Origin: Malacoraja senta
Lineage: Eukaryota
Length of the DNA stretch: 64,000 bases
Reading direction: 5' to 3'
NCBI GenBank assembly: GCA_038087875.1
Contig: CM075991.1
Span: 11,162,001 to 11,226,000 of the forward strand
The notes beneath the pieces were generated by a model that made no database searches, was not told the DNA's origin, and saw only the letters and a program-made list of their open reading frames with translations. The first letter of the stretch is position 1, and every line of letters starts with the position of its first letter. The translations under genes and the position numbers were made by a program. Of the stretch, positions 63,327-64,000 are shown piece after piece.

Positions 63327-63667
63327 GGCACCTCCCTTGTCGGCGGGTTTGATGTCGGCGGGAAATCTTTAATGTTAAGAATGAACATTTGTCACAGATT
63401 TCTGTTAATAGATAAATATTATACTGTGATTTTCCATTAATTTTGAGATTTGTTCCTTCCCTAAAAACTCGTGCATCAGTTGCAATACATTTTCTTTGCA
63501 TCGTTGTTGTACTTGTGTGAAAGAGTGGTATAAAAATGTAAGTTGTCCATCAATTAAATTCAGTGTGGATATGCCTTTAATTACAGCTCAACCCCAATTG
63601 TGTGGTTTTAACAGGAGACCGTTTAAAATGACATTTTAGGAGCATTTTTACATGGAAATTGTAGTAC

Positions 63668-63758
63668 CTTTCTTATAAGTGGCAACAATCTGCTGGATTT
63701 CACAATTATTCCGCGAAGCCAAAATTTCAATTATACAACCTTCATCAGTACCAGCACC
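63668..63758 (-). CDS. ANXA4: ANXA4 internal exon (GAGTDEGCIIEILASRNNCEIQQIVATYKK), annexin repeat 2
   Basis: GAGTDE..IEILASR annexin motif; tag/gtact boundaries; 91 nt. ANXA4 assigned from sequence similarity and position next to GMCL1. Confidence 0.9.
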
Positions 63759-64000
63759 CTATGGATAAACACAGTAAGCCACGTCGATTATATTCAAAAT
63801 ATTGATAGCGCAACAGTTATATTAAATGAATTAATCAAATCCTATAATAATTTCCACATTGAAATATGGAAGCAATTAAATAAGCATCTGTAAAACTAAA
63901 TTGTTGCATTGTCATTTAACATTCCTTGCACAATTAATAATTTCTGGAATATGCCAACTGTTGTTTGATTGATTGTAGCAGTCATTCAGTCCCCGTAATA

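Larger units (their letters stand above)
61315..63359 (-). mobile_element. Penelope-like retroelement (Neptune-type), 5'-truncated, young, with 19-bp TSD
   Basis: RT + GIY-YIG ORF; 3' pseudo-LTR with hammerhead core; GGGAAATCTTTAATGTTAA at 61296-61314 and 63360-63378. Confidence 0.92.

Overview
Eukaryotic, transposon-rich vertebrate DNA. The repeat families (HE1-type SINEs, HER1/CR1 LINEs, Penelope-like elements) suggest a cartilaginous fish, probably a skate or ray; this is an inference. Two spliced genes lie on the minus strand in the same order as in human. One is the 3' eight coding exons of annexin A4 (ANXA4, 63758->47122; the 5' exons lie outside the window). The other is a complete 14-coding-exon germ cell-less 1 gene (GMCL1, 41483->6794) with a CpG-island promoter and an apparent 1-nt frameshift in its last exon. 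Introns and the intergenic gap carry Penelope-like elements (one with a long open RT + GIY-YIG frame), an L1 with TSD, CR1 and Rex1/Babar fragments, HE1 SINEs, Tc1, Tigger-like and Harbinger-like DNA elements, and two AT-TSD elements with a THAP-coding exon in each inverted arm. The most unusual find is a 268-bp TSD-flanked insertion just upstream of the GMCL1 promoter. It begins exactly at G1 of a 54-nt minimal HDV-like ribozyme fold, followed on the same strand by two tandem hammerhead motifs. All calls are by-eye pattern recognition; no searches were run.
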